A model generated the notes under the pieces. The model worked only from the letters and a program-made list of their open reading frames with translations. It was not told where the DNA came from and searched no databases. DNA of 64,000 nucleotides from Vulcanimicrobiota bacterium (GTDB lineage: Bacteria; Vulcanimicrobiota; Vulcanimicrobiia; Vulcanimicrobiales; Vulcanimicrobiaceae). Shown in pieces: positions 42,275-51,255 of this stretch; position 1 is the stretch's first letter, and every line of letters begins with the position of its first letter. The position numbers were made by a program, and so were the translations under genes. The DNA lies in assembly GCA_963695225.1 (NCBI GenBank), contig OY968762.1, forward strand, positions 704,001 through 768,000, read 5' to 3'.

Positions 42275-43710
42275 CGTATCGTCCCCCAAACGGCCCGATG
42301 GAATGCGCGGAACGCCTGCGCGTGGCGCCGGATCCGTTCGCGCTCCAACGCGAGCCGCGCCGAGGTCAGCGCGGGCAGGAAACCGGAGGCGGCGGAGAGC
42401 CCGAGGCTCTGCGCCGTCCGCGACGTCGCGGCGGTCACGGCCGCCGATTGCAGCGTCAGCGTTTCGGTGAGCGTATCGGTCTGCAACGGCGTTCCCGACG
42501 TCGCGAACGTCTTGACGCTCTGTCCGCTGAAGTCGTAGTAGTGCGTCAGGATGTCGCTGATTTGCATGCAGACGACGCCGAGCCCGGCGGCCGTGTAGGA
42601 TGTCGTCACCTGCGTCTCGGTTTCGCCGAAGACGATGTCGATGCGCGTGATCGATTGCACGAGCTGATTCGTCGCCCGCCCGCCCAGCAGCGCCGCCGGG
42701 ACGCTGCACGCCGCCGGCGGCGCCGCGGCGCCCGCGTTCACGTACGTCTCCTGCGAGAGCACGGTCGGAATCGTGCCGCCCGGGTACCAGACCGGCTGCA
42801 CCATGCGCAGCACCGGCGTCGGCGTCGGGAGCGGCACCGCGGAAGGCGAGGGTGCGGGCGTCGCGCCGTAGCTGTAGGCGATGGAAACCGGGATGTACGT
42901 TCCGTTCGCATCCGTGACCGGCTGCGCGACCGAGAGCACCGTGTTCGGGGGCGCAACGCCGTTCCCGTAACTCGTCCCGGCGATCACGAACGGGTTCGAG
43001 TAGCTCCCCGTCCCGTTCGCATTCTGGACGGCCTCCGAGGTGGTGCCGTCCGCGAATTGCGCATCCTCGATGTAGGTGCCGTCCGGGTTGACGGAGCGCG
43101 ACGTGATCTGCCCGTCGGGGTCGGTCTCGGTCGTCACGAGCGCGGCGTTGTTCGCGGCGTTTCCGATGCGACCCGTAGCCTCCGGCAAGACGTCGAGGAG
43201 GCCGTTCCCCGGCCCGTAGACTGCCTGGTAGGTGACGCCGTCCGAACTCTTCGTGACCGAACCGACGATCGACACGGCCGTCGACCCGCCGACGGTCGCG
43301 TATGCGTGGTATTCGTCGGTCACGAGCGTCGTCGTCTTGACCGGCGCGACGTCGGTCTCGACGATCTTGAAATCGAACAGGTTCGTGCGGGCCTGGAAGG
43401 TCGCCCCCGAACTGACCGTGACCTGTTGCGAGACGGTCGACGTCGTCGTGACCGTGTTCGGCGGATTCGGCGAGGGGAGCGGCGTGACGGTTTGCGGCGG
43501 GCGCACGTATTGCAGCGTCATCGCGCCGGCGTAGGCGAACGCGTCGCCATCCGCGGCCGGCCGGGACCCGGTGAAGCCGGGGCTCGGGGTCGGGCCGGTC
43601 GGCGCGGCGGTCGGCGGCGTCCCGCCGCCCCCTCCTCCGCCGCCGCAGCCCGCCGAACCCACGCCGAAAGCGAGCAGTGCGAACAATCCGAACGCAGCGC
43701 GAATCTTCAC
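42271..43710 (-). CDS. lipoprotein, Thr-rich hypothetical
   Basis: SAGC followed by poly-Gly and a PT linker; stop overlaps the peptidase start. Confidence 0.75.
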   Translation of the reverse strand: MKIRAAFGLFALLAFGVGSAGCGGGGGGGGTPPTAAPTGPTPSPGFTGSRPAADGDAFAYAGAMTLQYVRPPQTVTPLPSPNPPNTVTTTSTVSQQVTVSSGATFQARTNLFDFKIVETDVAPVKTTTLVTDEYHAYATVGGSTAVSIVGSVTKSSDGVTYQAVYGPGNGLLDVLPEATGRIGNAANNAALVTTETDPDGQITSRSVNPDGTYIEDAQFADGTTSEAVQNANGTGSYSNPFVIAGTSYGNGVAPPNTVLSVAQPVTDANGTYIPVSIAYSYGATPAPSPSAVPLPTPTPVLRMVQPVWYPGGTIPTVLSQETYVNAGAAAPPAACSVPAALLGGRATNQLVQSITRIDIVFGETETQVTTSYTAAGLGVVCMQISDILTHYYDFSGQSVKTFATSGTPLQTDTLTETLTLQSAAVTAATSRTAQSLGLSAASGFLPALTSARLALERERIRRHAQAFRAFHRAVWGTIR

Positions 43711-43765
43711 GCGGTGCGGCGTTGACTGTACGGCGCGCCGATTCCTCGCCCACGCGGTGAGCTTG

Positions 43766-43933
43766 GCTTTTCGCGTGGCCCGCGTCCGGGGCGGGGCAGG
43801 TTCCTCCGCGGGGACGCCCGCGGTTTCGCATCCATGCGAAACCGCTACTAGTTCACTTGCCCGCTCCCGCCATCGTGGCTCCGCGGGCAAGCTGCACTCC
43901 CCGCAGAGAAACCTGCCCCACCCCGGACGCTAC
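43766..43933 (-). repeat. GTAG-initiated nested structured repeat, copy 2
   Basis: Reverse-complement homolog of 7725 and 60070. Confidence 0.85.
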
Positions 43934-44025
43934 CTGCATTCCTCGGCCACGCGAAAGCATGAGGCGCTTTGCCGGAGGGCGAACGCGACGAGTTGGTTTT
44001 TTCGAGTTCTCCGCAGTTCTCCGCG

Positions 44026-44628
44026 ATGCGAGGTCCCTTGGTTCACCGTACCCTTCGCCCGGCTGTCGCCCTCGTTGCCCTCGTCGCGCTCGCAACCGCG
44101 GGCGCTCCGTTGATCGGGGCCGCGCAGAGCGCACCCCCCGCTCCGACCGCGATGCCGGCCGCGGCGCCGCTCCCGACTCCCGCACCGACGCCTGCCGTGA
44201 CGCCCGCCCCCGAACCGACGGCCGCACCCACGCCTAGGCGCCGCGGGCACAGCGACGAACCGGTCGATCTGCCCTCCTCCGCACCGACCTCGCCTGCGTT
44301 CGCCACGCTCGACGGCACGTGGGAGGTCCAACTCCAGTTCATCGACCACACCGAGTACTCGCACTTCACGCTCAAGCAGAACGGCCAGGCGATCGCCGGA
44401 AGCTGGAACGTCGACAAGGCATCCTTTCCGCTCGAAGGCACCTACGACGGCCGCACCTTCAAGTTCTCGGTAAAGCAACCGGCCGAAACCCTGGCGCTGA
44501 GCGGCTACGTCGAGACCGCGAGCGACATGGTCGGGATCATCGTGCACGAAAAAGGCCCGAACGGCGTCTTCACCGCCTCGCACCGCATCCCGCAGAAGCC
44601 GCTTTTCGGGCGCCGCGCGCCGAACTGA
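44026..44628 (+). CDS. secreted hypothetical protein
   Basis: Signal peptide, Pro-rich linker, beta domain LDGTWEV. Confidence 0.65.
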   Translation: MRGPLVHRTLRPAVALVALVALATAGAPLIGAAQSAPPAPTAMPAAAPLPTPAPTPAVTPAPEPTAAPTPRRRGHSDEPVDLPSSAPTSPAFATLDGTWEVQLQFIDHTEYSHFTLKQNGQAIAGSWNVDKASFPLEGTYDGRTFKFSVKQPAETLALSGYVETASDMVGIIVHEKGPNGVFTASHRIPQKPLFGRRAPN

Positions 44629-44702
44629 CCGCCGGTTCGCTCGGAGGCCGCGCCGCGACCGCGCGAGTGGACGTTCGCGCGAGCGCGGCGAACGCTGCGC
44701 TC

Positions 44703-46007
44703 ATGCGAGATCATGAGTTCGGCTTCCGCACGCGTGCGCTGCACGCGGGGACGCCCCCCGATCCAACGACCGGCGCGCGCGCGATGCCGATCCACCTCTC
44801 TTCGAGCTTCGTCTTCGATTCAACCGAGCACGCGGCCGAGTTGTTCGCGCTGCGCACGTACGGCAACATCTACAGCCGCATCGGGAATCCGACGGTCGCG
44901 GCCTTCGAGGAGCGGATCGCGAGCCTGGAAGGCGGCCTCGGCGCCGTCGCGACCGCGAGCGGCCTCGCGGCGCAACTGACGGCGATCCTCTCGATCGCGC
45001 AGGCCGGCGACCATTTCGTCGCCTCGGCGAGCCTGTACGGGGGCACGGTCACGCAATTCACCGTGACGCTCAAGCGGATGGGGATAGCTTGCACGCTCGT
45101 CCCCGGCGACGATCTCGCCGACGTGCGCGCCGCGATCCGCCCCGAGACGGTCGCGCTCTACACGGAGACGATCGGGAATCCCGCGGGGAACGTGGCGGAT
45201 ATCGAAGGCTGGGCCGCGCTCGCGCACGAGCACGGCATCCCGCTCATCATCGACAACACGTTCGCGACGCCCGTCCTGTGCCGCCCGATCGAATGGGGCG
45301 CCGACATCGTCGTGCAATCGGCGACGAAGTTCCTGAGCGGGCACGGGACCGTCATCGGCGGCGTCCTCGTCGAATCGGGAAAGTTCCCGTGGGACGGCGG
45401 CAAGCACCCGCTCCTCGCGACGCCGAGCCCCGGCTACCACGATATGAACTTCGCGGAGACGTTCGGCGAGTACGCATTCCTGATGCGCGCGCGCGTCGAG
45501 GTGATGCGCGACGTCGGCGCCTGCCTCTCTCCGATGAACGCGTGGCTCTTACTGCAGGGAGTCGAGACGCTGCCGCTGCGCATGCCCGCGCACGTCGCGA
45601 ACGCACGCACGATCGCTGCCTTCTTGCAAGAGCGTGAAGAGGTCGCGTGGGTCAACTATGCGGAGTTGCCCGGGCATCCCTCGCGCGCTCGCGCGCAGAA
45701 GTATTTGCCGCAGGGCGCGGGTTCGATCTTCACCTTCGGCTTGCGCGGCGGGCGCGCCGCCGGGCGCGCGTTCATCGAAGCGCTCGATCTCTGGAGCCAC
45801 CTCGCGAACGTCGGCGACGCGAAGAGCCTCGTGATCCATCCTGCCTCGACGACGCACCAGCAACTGAGCGACGAACAACTCGCGGCGTCGGGCGTCACGC
45901 CGGAGATGGTCCGCCTCTCCGTCGGCCTCGAAGATGCAGTCGACTTGATCTGGGATCTCGAACGCGGCCTCGCGGCCGCGCGCGCGGCGGGGCGGGTCGA
46001 AGCGTGA
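44703..46007 (+). CDS. metY: O-acetylhomoserine aminocarboxypropyltransferase/sulfhydrylase
   Basis: IYSRIGNPT, DNTFATP, SATKFLSGHG, LANVGDAKSL.IHPASTTH. Confidence 0.9.
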   Translation: MRDHEFGFRTRALHAGTPPDPTTGARAMPIHLSSSFVFDSTEHAAELFALRTYGNIYSRIGNPTVAAFEERIASLEGGLGAVATASGLAAQLTAILSIAQAGDHFVASASLYGGTVTQFTVTLKRMGIACTLVPGDDLADVRAAIRPETVALYTETIGNPAGNVADIEGWAALAHEHGIPLIIDNTFATPVLCRPIEWGADIVVQSATKFLSGHGTVIGGVLVESGKFPWDGGKHPLLATPSPGYHDMNFAETFGEYAFLMRARVEVMRDVGACLSPMNAWLLLQGVETLPLRMPAHVANARTIAAFLQEREEVAWVNYAELPGHPSRARAQKYLPQGAGSIFTFGLRGGRAAGRAFIEALDLWSHLANVGDAKSLVIHPASTTHQQLSDEQLAASGVTPEMVRLSVGLEDAVDLIWDLERGLAAARAAGRVEA

Positions 46008-46504
46008 TCCTCACCACCGTTGCCGAACGGCGCGATCTCCTCGCACGCTCGCGGACCGTCGCGATGGTAGGCGCCTCCGCGAATCCGACGCGGCCGAGTT
46101 ACTTCGTCTTCTCCTACCTGCGCACGCGCGGGCGTTACGACGTCACGCCGATAAACCCGACGCTCGCCCAGATCGACGGCGTGCGCGCGTACCCGACGCT
46201 CGCCGCGTACGCCGCCGAACGCGGCGCCCCGGACATCGTCGACGTCTTCCGCAAGCCCGCCGAGGCGCCCGCCGTCGTCCGCGAGGCGATCGCAGCCGGC
46301 GCGAAGGCGATCTGGTTCCAATACGGGGTCATCAATGAAGAAGCGATCCGGCTCGCCGACGAAGCCGGGCTCGCCGTCGTCATCGACCGTTGCATCAAGG
46401 TCGAAAGCGCGCGCCTGGACGGCGGCCTTTCCATCGGCGGGATGAACAGCGGCCTGATCTTCTCCCGCAGGCGCGGCGCGCCGGCGGCCGAGCGCGGCGC
46501 GTGA
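46004..46504 (+). CDS. CoA-binding protein (YccU/YneT-like)
   Basis: VAMVGAS, DIVDVFR, IWFQYG, DRCIKVE. Confidence 0.88.
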   Translation: MILTTVAERRDLLARSRTVAMVGASANPTRPSYFVFSYLRTRGRYDVTPINPTLAQIDGVRAYPTLAAYAAERGAPDIVDVFRKPAEAPAVVREAIAAGAKAIWFQYGVINEEAIRLADEAGLAVVIDRCIKVESARLDGGLSIGGMNSGLIFSRRRGAPAAERGA

Positions 46505-47619
46505 CCGAGGCGTACGAACTCGATCGAACGATCCTCGCGCTGATCGCCGCCTGGGCGCGCGGCGAAGAGGGGTGCGACGACGCGCGCTTCGACGCGCTCG
46601 CGCGTTCGATCTGCGCCTACCAGCTCGCGACGAACGCGCCGTACGCGCGTTTCGCCGCGGCGCAGGGGATCACGCCGGAGCGGCTCCCGCGGACCCGCGC
46701 CGAGATCCCCGCCGTCCCCGCCTCCGCCTTCAAGGATGCGACGCTCGCGACGTTCGACGTGCGCCGCGCCGAGCTCGAATTCCACACGAGCGGCACGAGC
46801 GGCGCCGCGAGCGGCCGCCACTATTTCGAACGCGCCGCGCTTTACGATGCCTCGCTCTCGGCGGCGTTCGACCGCTTCATGCTCGCGGACGGCGCGAAGC
46901 TGCGGTATCTGAATCTCGTTCCGAACGCACGCTTCCGCCCGCACTCCTCGCTCGGTTACATGATGGGCTTCGTGAGCGTGCTGCGCGGCGACGGCAAGAC
47001 GCAATGGTTCCTCAACGACGAGGCTCCGCAGGGCACGTCGCTCGCGCTCGATCTCGCGGGGTTCGCCCGCGCGCTCGAAGGCGCGTGCGCCGAGGGGCTA
47101 CCCGTCTGCATCGCGACGACCGCGTTTGCGGCCGTCGCCCTCGTCGAGGGCCTCGAGGAACGCGGGCTCGCGTTTGCGGCGCCGGCCGGTTCGCGCATCA
47201 TGGAGACCGGCGGGTTCAAGGGGCGCTCGCGCGTCGTCGAACGGCGCGAACTCTACGGGCGGCTCTCGGCGCGCCTCGGGATCCCGGAGACCAGCATCGT
47301 CGCGGAATACGGCATGACCGAACTCGCCTCGCAGTATTACGACGCGCCGGACTCGCGCGGCCCCGGGCCGCGCGTCAAGATCGCACCGCCGTGGCTGCGC
47401 ACGCTCGTGGTCGACCACGAGGGGCGCGAGGTCGCGCGCGGCACGGCGGGATTCCTGCGGCACGTCGATCTTGCGAACCGCTCCTCGGTGCTCGCGATCG
47501 ATACCGAAGATCGCGGGTACGCGCTCGGCCAGGGCATCGTCCTGCTCGGGCGCGACTCCGACGCGCCGTCGCGCGGCTGCTCGCTCGACGCGGAAGATTT
47601 GCTTGGCCGTACGCGCTGA
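46501..47619 (+). CDS. LuxE-like acyl-protein synthetase
   Basis: FHTSGTSG, METGGFKG, EYGMTELASQ, DLAN, TEDRG, LGR...RGCS. Confidence 0.8.
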   Translation: MTEAYELDRTILALIAAWARGEEGCDDARFDALARSICAYQLATNAPYARFAAAQGITPERLPRTRAEIPAVPASAFKDATLATFDVRRAELEFHTSGTSGAASGRHYFERAALYDASLSAAFDRFMLADGAKLRYLNLVPNARFRPHSSLGYMMGFVSVLRGDGKTQWFLNDEAPQGTSLALDLAGFARALEGACAEGLPVCIATTAFAAVALVEGLEERGLAFAAPAGSRIMETGGFKGRSRVVERRELYGRLSARLGIPETSIVAEYGMTELASQYYDAPDSRGPGPRVKIAPPWLRTLVVDHEGREVARGTAGFLRHVDLANRSSVLAIDTEDRGYALGQGIVLLGRDSDAPSRGCSLDAEDLLGRTR

Positions 47620-48844
47620 CCGCGCGCTGCGCGATCTCTCCGCCTCGAGCATCATCGCCGCGATCGCCGCGGCCGCCGGACGTTGGTGCGATCCGGCCTT
47701 CCCGCCGCGCGCGGCGCTCGTCCCGCGCATCGCGGAGCGGACGGGGTACGCAGAGCCGGTGGTGCGGTACGCGCTCGACCGGCTGTTCGAGACGCTGACG
47801 GCCGACGCTCTCCGCGCCGCGATCGCGGGCGAACTCGGCTCGCTCGCCGCGCTCGACGGATTCGTCCGGCGCCCCGGGCGCCCCGACGGTTTCGCGCGCG
47901 GCGTCGAACGCGTCGCGATCGTCTCGAGCGACACGACGATCGGCGTCGCGATCCCGGCCTCGATCTTCGCGCTCTGCGCGAAGGCGCAGGTCGACGTGAA
48001 GGATCGCGTCGACGGCCTCGTCGCGGCGTTCGCCGCGACGCTCGCCGGAATCGAGCCCGCGTTCGCGGGCGCGTTTCGCGCGCAGCCTTGGACCTCGCCT
48101 GACGATCCCGCCGCCCGCGAGACGCTTGCGGCGGCGGATACCGTGGTCGCGTACGGCGGTGCGGAGGCGCTCGCCGCCATTCGAGCGCGGCTCGACCCCG
48201 AAGCGCGCTTCGTCCCGTTCGGCCACCGCACGAGCGTCGGCTACGTTCCCGCCGCGGCACTCGCCGACGTCGCCGGCGCGCGGGACCACGCCGCGGGCGC
48301 GGCGCTCGATGCGACCCTCTACGACGGGGAAGGCTGCCTCTCGCTGCACGCGCTGTTCGTCGAGCGCGGCGCGTCCGTCACGCCGCAGGCATACGCCGCG
48401 CTCGTCGCCGAGGGCGCCACGGCGCTCGCCGCGCGTTTCCCGCCCTCGCACGCGCCCGAATCCGCCGGCGCGCTCGCCTATCGAAAACGCCTTGCGTTCC
48501 GGGAAGCGAACGGGGCGGGGCGCGTGCTGCCGGCCGCGGGCGTCACGATCGCATTCGATCCGCCGCTCGACGAGCCGCCGCCGCTGTTCGCGCGCACGGT
48601 GGGGATCTATCCGATCGACGGCCTCCCGGACGTGGCGGCCTATCTCCGAGCGTGGGCCCTTCCGGTCGAAGCGCTCGGTGCGCCGCACGGGATCGCGACG
48701 AATGCCGTGCTGGAACTCGCGCGCGAAGCGGGGATCGTGCGCATCGCGCCGCTCGGGCGCTTGCAGGCGCCGCCGCTCGGCGGCGAGCACGGCGGGAGCG
48801 GGCGGATTCTCCCCTTCGTGCGTTGGATGTATCGAGAGCGATGA
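47603..48844 (+). CDS. LuxC-like acyl-CoA/acyl-protein reductase
   Basis: VVAYGG, FGHRTS, D..LYDGEGCLS (catalytic Cys), RIAPLGRLQ; TTG start overlapping luxE end. Confidence 0.78.
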   Translation: MAVRADRALRDLSASSIIAAIAAAAGRWCDPAFPPRAALVPRIAERTGYAEPVVRYALDRLFETLTADALRAAIAGELGSLAALDGFVRRPGRPDGFARGVERVAIVSSDTTIGVAIPASIFALCAKAQVDVKDRVDGLVAAFAATLAGIEPAFAGAFRAQPWTSPDDPAARETLAAADTVVAYGGAEALAAIRARLDPEARFVPFGHRTSVGYVPAAALADVAGARDHAAGAALDATLYDGEGCLSLHALFVERGASVTPQAYAALVAEGATALAARFPPSHAPESAGALAYRKRLAFREANGAGRVLPAAGVTIAFDPPLDEPPPLFARTVGIYPIDGLPDVAAYLRAWALPVEALGAPHGIATNAVLELAREAGIVRIAPLGRLQAPPLGGEHGGSGRILPFVRWMYRER

Positions 48845-50142
48845 GCATGCTCGAACGGATAGCCACGGAGATCCCCGGCCCCCGCTCGCGCGCGCTCGCC
48901 GAGGCGATGCGGCGCACGGAAGCGCGCGGCGTGACGTTCGTTTCGTCGCAATGGCCTATCTTCTGGGAGAGCGCGAACGGCGCGCTCGTCACCGACGTCG
49001 ACGGCAACCGCTATCTCGATTTCACTTCCGCGTTCGGCGTCGCGGCGGCGGGGCACGGGAATCCGGCCGTCGCGAGCGCGATCGCGCAGCAGGCGCAAAC
49101 GCTGATGCACGGCATGGGCGACGTGCATCCGAGCAACGTGAAGGTCGCGTTGCTCGAACGCTTGGCCTTGCTCTCGCCCTTTCCCGATGCGAAGACGTTC
49201 CTGTGTTCTTCCGGCGCCGAGGCGGTCGAGTTCGCGTTGAAGACCGCGATGCTGCTGACGGAGGCCCCGAACGCGCTCGCATTCGGCGGCGGCTACCACG
49301 GGCTCTCCTACGGGACGCTCGAGATCAACGGAAACCCGAAGTTCCGTAAGCCGTTCCTGCAGCAGCTGCGGCAGAAGACGACGTTCGCGCGCTTCCCCGA
49401 CGCGCGCGAGGGCGCGTCGCTCGAGCGCGCGCTCGATGCGATCCGCCGCGCACTGCGCAAGGACAAGACCATCGGCGCGCTCGTCGTCGAGCCGATCCAG
49501 GGGCGCGCGGGGGTGATCGTCCCGCCGGACGGATTCCTCGCCGCGCTGCGCGAGATCACGCGCGATTACGACGTGCTCTTCGTGCTCGACGAGATCTACA
49601 CGGGGTTCGGCCGGACGGGGCGCATGTTCGCCTGCGAGCACGAGGGTGTGCGGCCCGACATCCTTTGCGTGGGGAAGGCGCTCTCCGGCGGCTTCCCGAT
49701 CTCGGCCGCGATCGGAAGCGCAGAGGTGATGGATGCATGGGCGCCTTCGCAAGGGGAGGCGCTGCACACCTCGACCTTCCTCGGGAACCCGATGGGCTGC
49801 GCCGCGGCGCTGGCAAACATCGCCGAACTCGAGCGTAAACGGCTGCCTGGGCGCGCGGCAGAACTCGGCAAGCTCGTCCGTGCGCGCCTGCTCGAACTCG
49901 AACGCTCCGACGCCGTCGTCGACGTGCGCGGGCGCGGCCTCATGTGGGGGATCGAGTTGCGCGACGGCAAGCTCGCAGCCTCGATCGTCGAGCGCGCGCT
50001 GCGCTCGGGCCTCATCCTGTTGCAGGCGGGGCTACGCGGCGAAGTGCTCGCGCTTTCGCCTCCGCTTTCGATCGAAAACGAGCAACTCGAGCGCGCGCTC
50101 GAACTGATCGTCGCGAAGATCGGGACGAAAATCCCCGTATGA
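48841..50142 (+). CDS. class III PLP aminotransferase (GabT/ArgD-like)
   Basis: DVDGNRYLDF, SGAEAVE, EPIQG, DEIYTGFGRTG, GKALSGG, STFLGNP. Confidence 0.9.
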   Translation: MSMLERIATEIPGPRSRALAEAMRRTEARGVTFVSSQWPIFWESANGALVTDVDGNRYLDFTSAFGVAAAGHGNPAVASAIAQQAQTLMHGMGDVHPSNVKVALLERLALLSPFPDAKTFLCSSGAEAVEFALKTAMLLTEAPNALAFGGGYHGLSYGTLEINGNPKFRKPFLQQLRQKTTFARFPDAREGASLERALDAIRRALRKDKTIGALVVEPIQGRAGVIVPPDGFLAALREITRDYDVLFVLDEIYTGFGRTGRMFACEHEGVRPDILCVGKALSGGFPISAAIGSAEVMDAWAPSQGEALHTSTFLGNPMGCAAALANIAELERKRLPGRAAELGKLVRARLLELERSDAVVDVRGRGLMWGIELRDGKLAASIVERALRSGLILLQAGLRGEVLALSPPLSIENEQLERALELIVAKIGTKIPV

Positions 50143-50158
50143 AGACCGTGGAGAAGCA

Positions 50159-51193
50159 ATGAGCGAGAAGAAACTGCGCGTCGGCGTCGTCGGTTCCAGC
50201 TTCGGCGGAACCGTGCACGTGCCGTCCTATCGCGCGCAGGGCCGATTCGAAGTGGTGGCGATCGCCTCGCCCACGAGCGCGGCCGAGGTCGCGCGCAAGC
50301 GCCGGATCCCGCATGCCTTCGCTTCGGCCGAGGAGATGCTCGCCGCCGTCGAACTCGACGTCGTCTCCGTTGCGACGCCACCGTTCTCGCACCGCCACGA
50401 CGTTCTCGCGGCGCTCGCACGCGGGAAGCACGTGCTCTGCGAAAAGCCGTTCGCGCTGAACGTCGCCGAGGCCGAGGAGCTCGTCGAGGCGGCGGCGCGG
50501 GCGGGGACGGTCTGCGCGCTCGCGCACGAGTTCCGCTACACGCCGGCCCGCATCGCGATCCGCGAGTTGGTCGAGAACGGGCATCTCGGCCCGCTACGCG
50601 AGATCGAGGTGACGTTCTTCGCCGGGATGCTGCGCGCATCCGGGACGCGCGCGAATTCGTGGTGGTTCGAGCGCCGGCGCGGCGGCGGCCTGAGCGGGGC
50701 GATCCTCTCGCACATGATCGATCTCGCAACGCACCTCGCGGGCCGCCCGCCGCAACGCGCGACCGGCTTCGAGCGCACCGCGAATCCGCTCCGCACCTCG
50801 GGCGGGAGCACGTTCTCCAGCGACGTCGCCGACGGCGCGTTCGCGCTGATCGACTACGGTGAGGGCCTGACGGCGCGCGTCAGCGTCGACGGAACGCTCG
50901 CCGCCTCCTCGATGACGGCCGCCGTGCACGGCGAACTCCGCTCCGTCGCCTCGACCGGCCCGGACCTCGTCAGCGCGACGACGTTCACGATCGACGAAGA
51001 CGAAACGGCCGAACTCGAACTACGCCCCATGGCGCACGCGAAGCTCGCCGCAGCGCATCCGAACCTCCCGCAATTCGTGAGCCTGCTCGACGAATTCGCC
51101 GCCGCGATCGACGGCAAACCCGCCCGCTATCCCACCTTCGCCGAAGGCCTCGCCACGCAAAGAGTCCTCGCCGCCGTCGGCTACGGCGCATAA
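50159..51193 (+). CDS. Gfo/Idh/MocA family oxidoreductase
   Basis: VGVVG, VATPP, GKHVLCEKP, GGGL...SHMID. Confidence 0.88.
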   Translation: MSEKKLRVGVVGSSFGGTVHVPSYRAQGRFEVVAIASPTSAAEVARKRRIPHAFASAEEMLAAVELDVVSVATPPFSHRHDVLAALARGKHVLCEKPFALNVAEAEELVEAAARAGTVCALAHEFRYTPARIAIRELVENGHLGPLREIEVTFFAGMLRASGTRANSWWFERRRGGGLSGAILSHMIDLATHLAGRPPQRATGFERTANPLRTSGGSTFSSDVADGAFALIDYGEGLTARVSVDGTLAASSMTAAVHGELRSVASTGPDLVSATTFTIDEDETAELELRPMAHAKLAAAHPNLPQFVSLLDEFAAAIDGKPARYPTFAEGLATQRVLAAVGYGA

Positions 51194-51255
51194 GCGCAGA
51201 TTCTCCGGCCTGTTTGGAAGGCCGAAGGTGTTCGTGCAGGCAGTATTGCCCGCGG

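Noticed and set aside
40211..43831. Single 1206-aa S53 protein
   Set aside because: The N-terminal part is an off-frame overlap of the upstream lipoprotein; the real start with a signal peptide is GTG 42274
44629..44702. SAM riboswitch ahead of metY
   Set aside because: Short spacer with no recognisable SAM-I/II consensus
46501..48844. Bioluminescence operon
   Set aside because: No luxA, luxB, luxD or luxG homologs visible in the window
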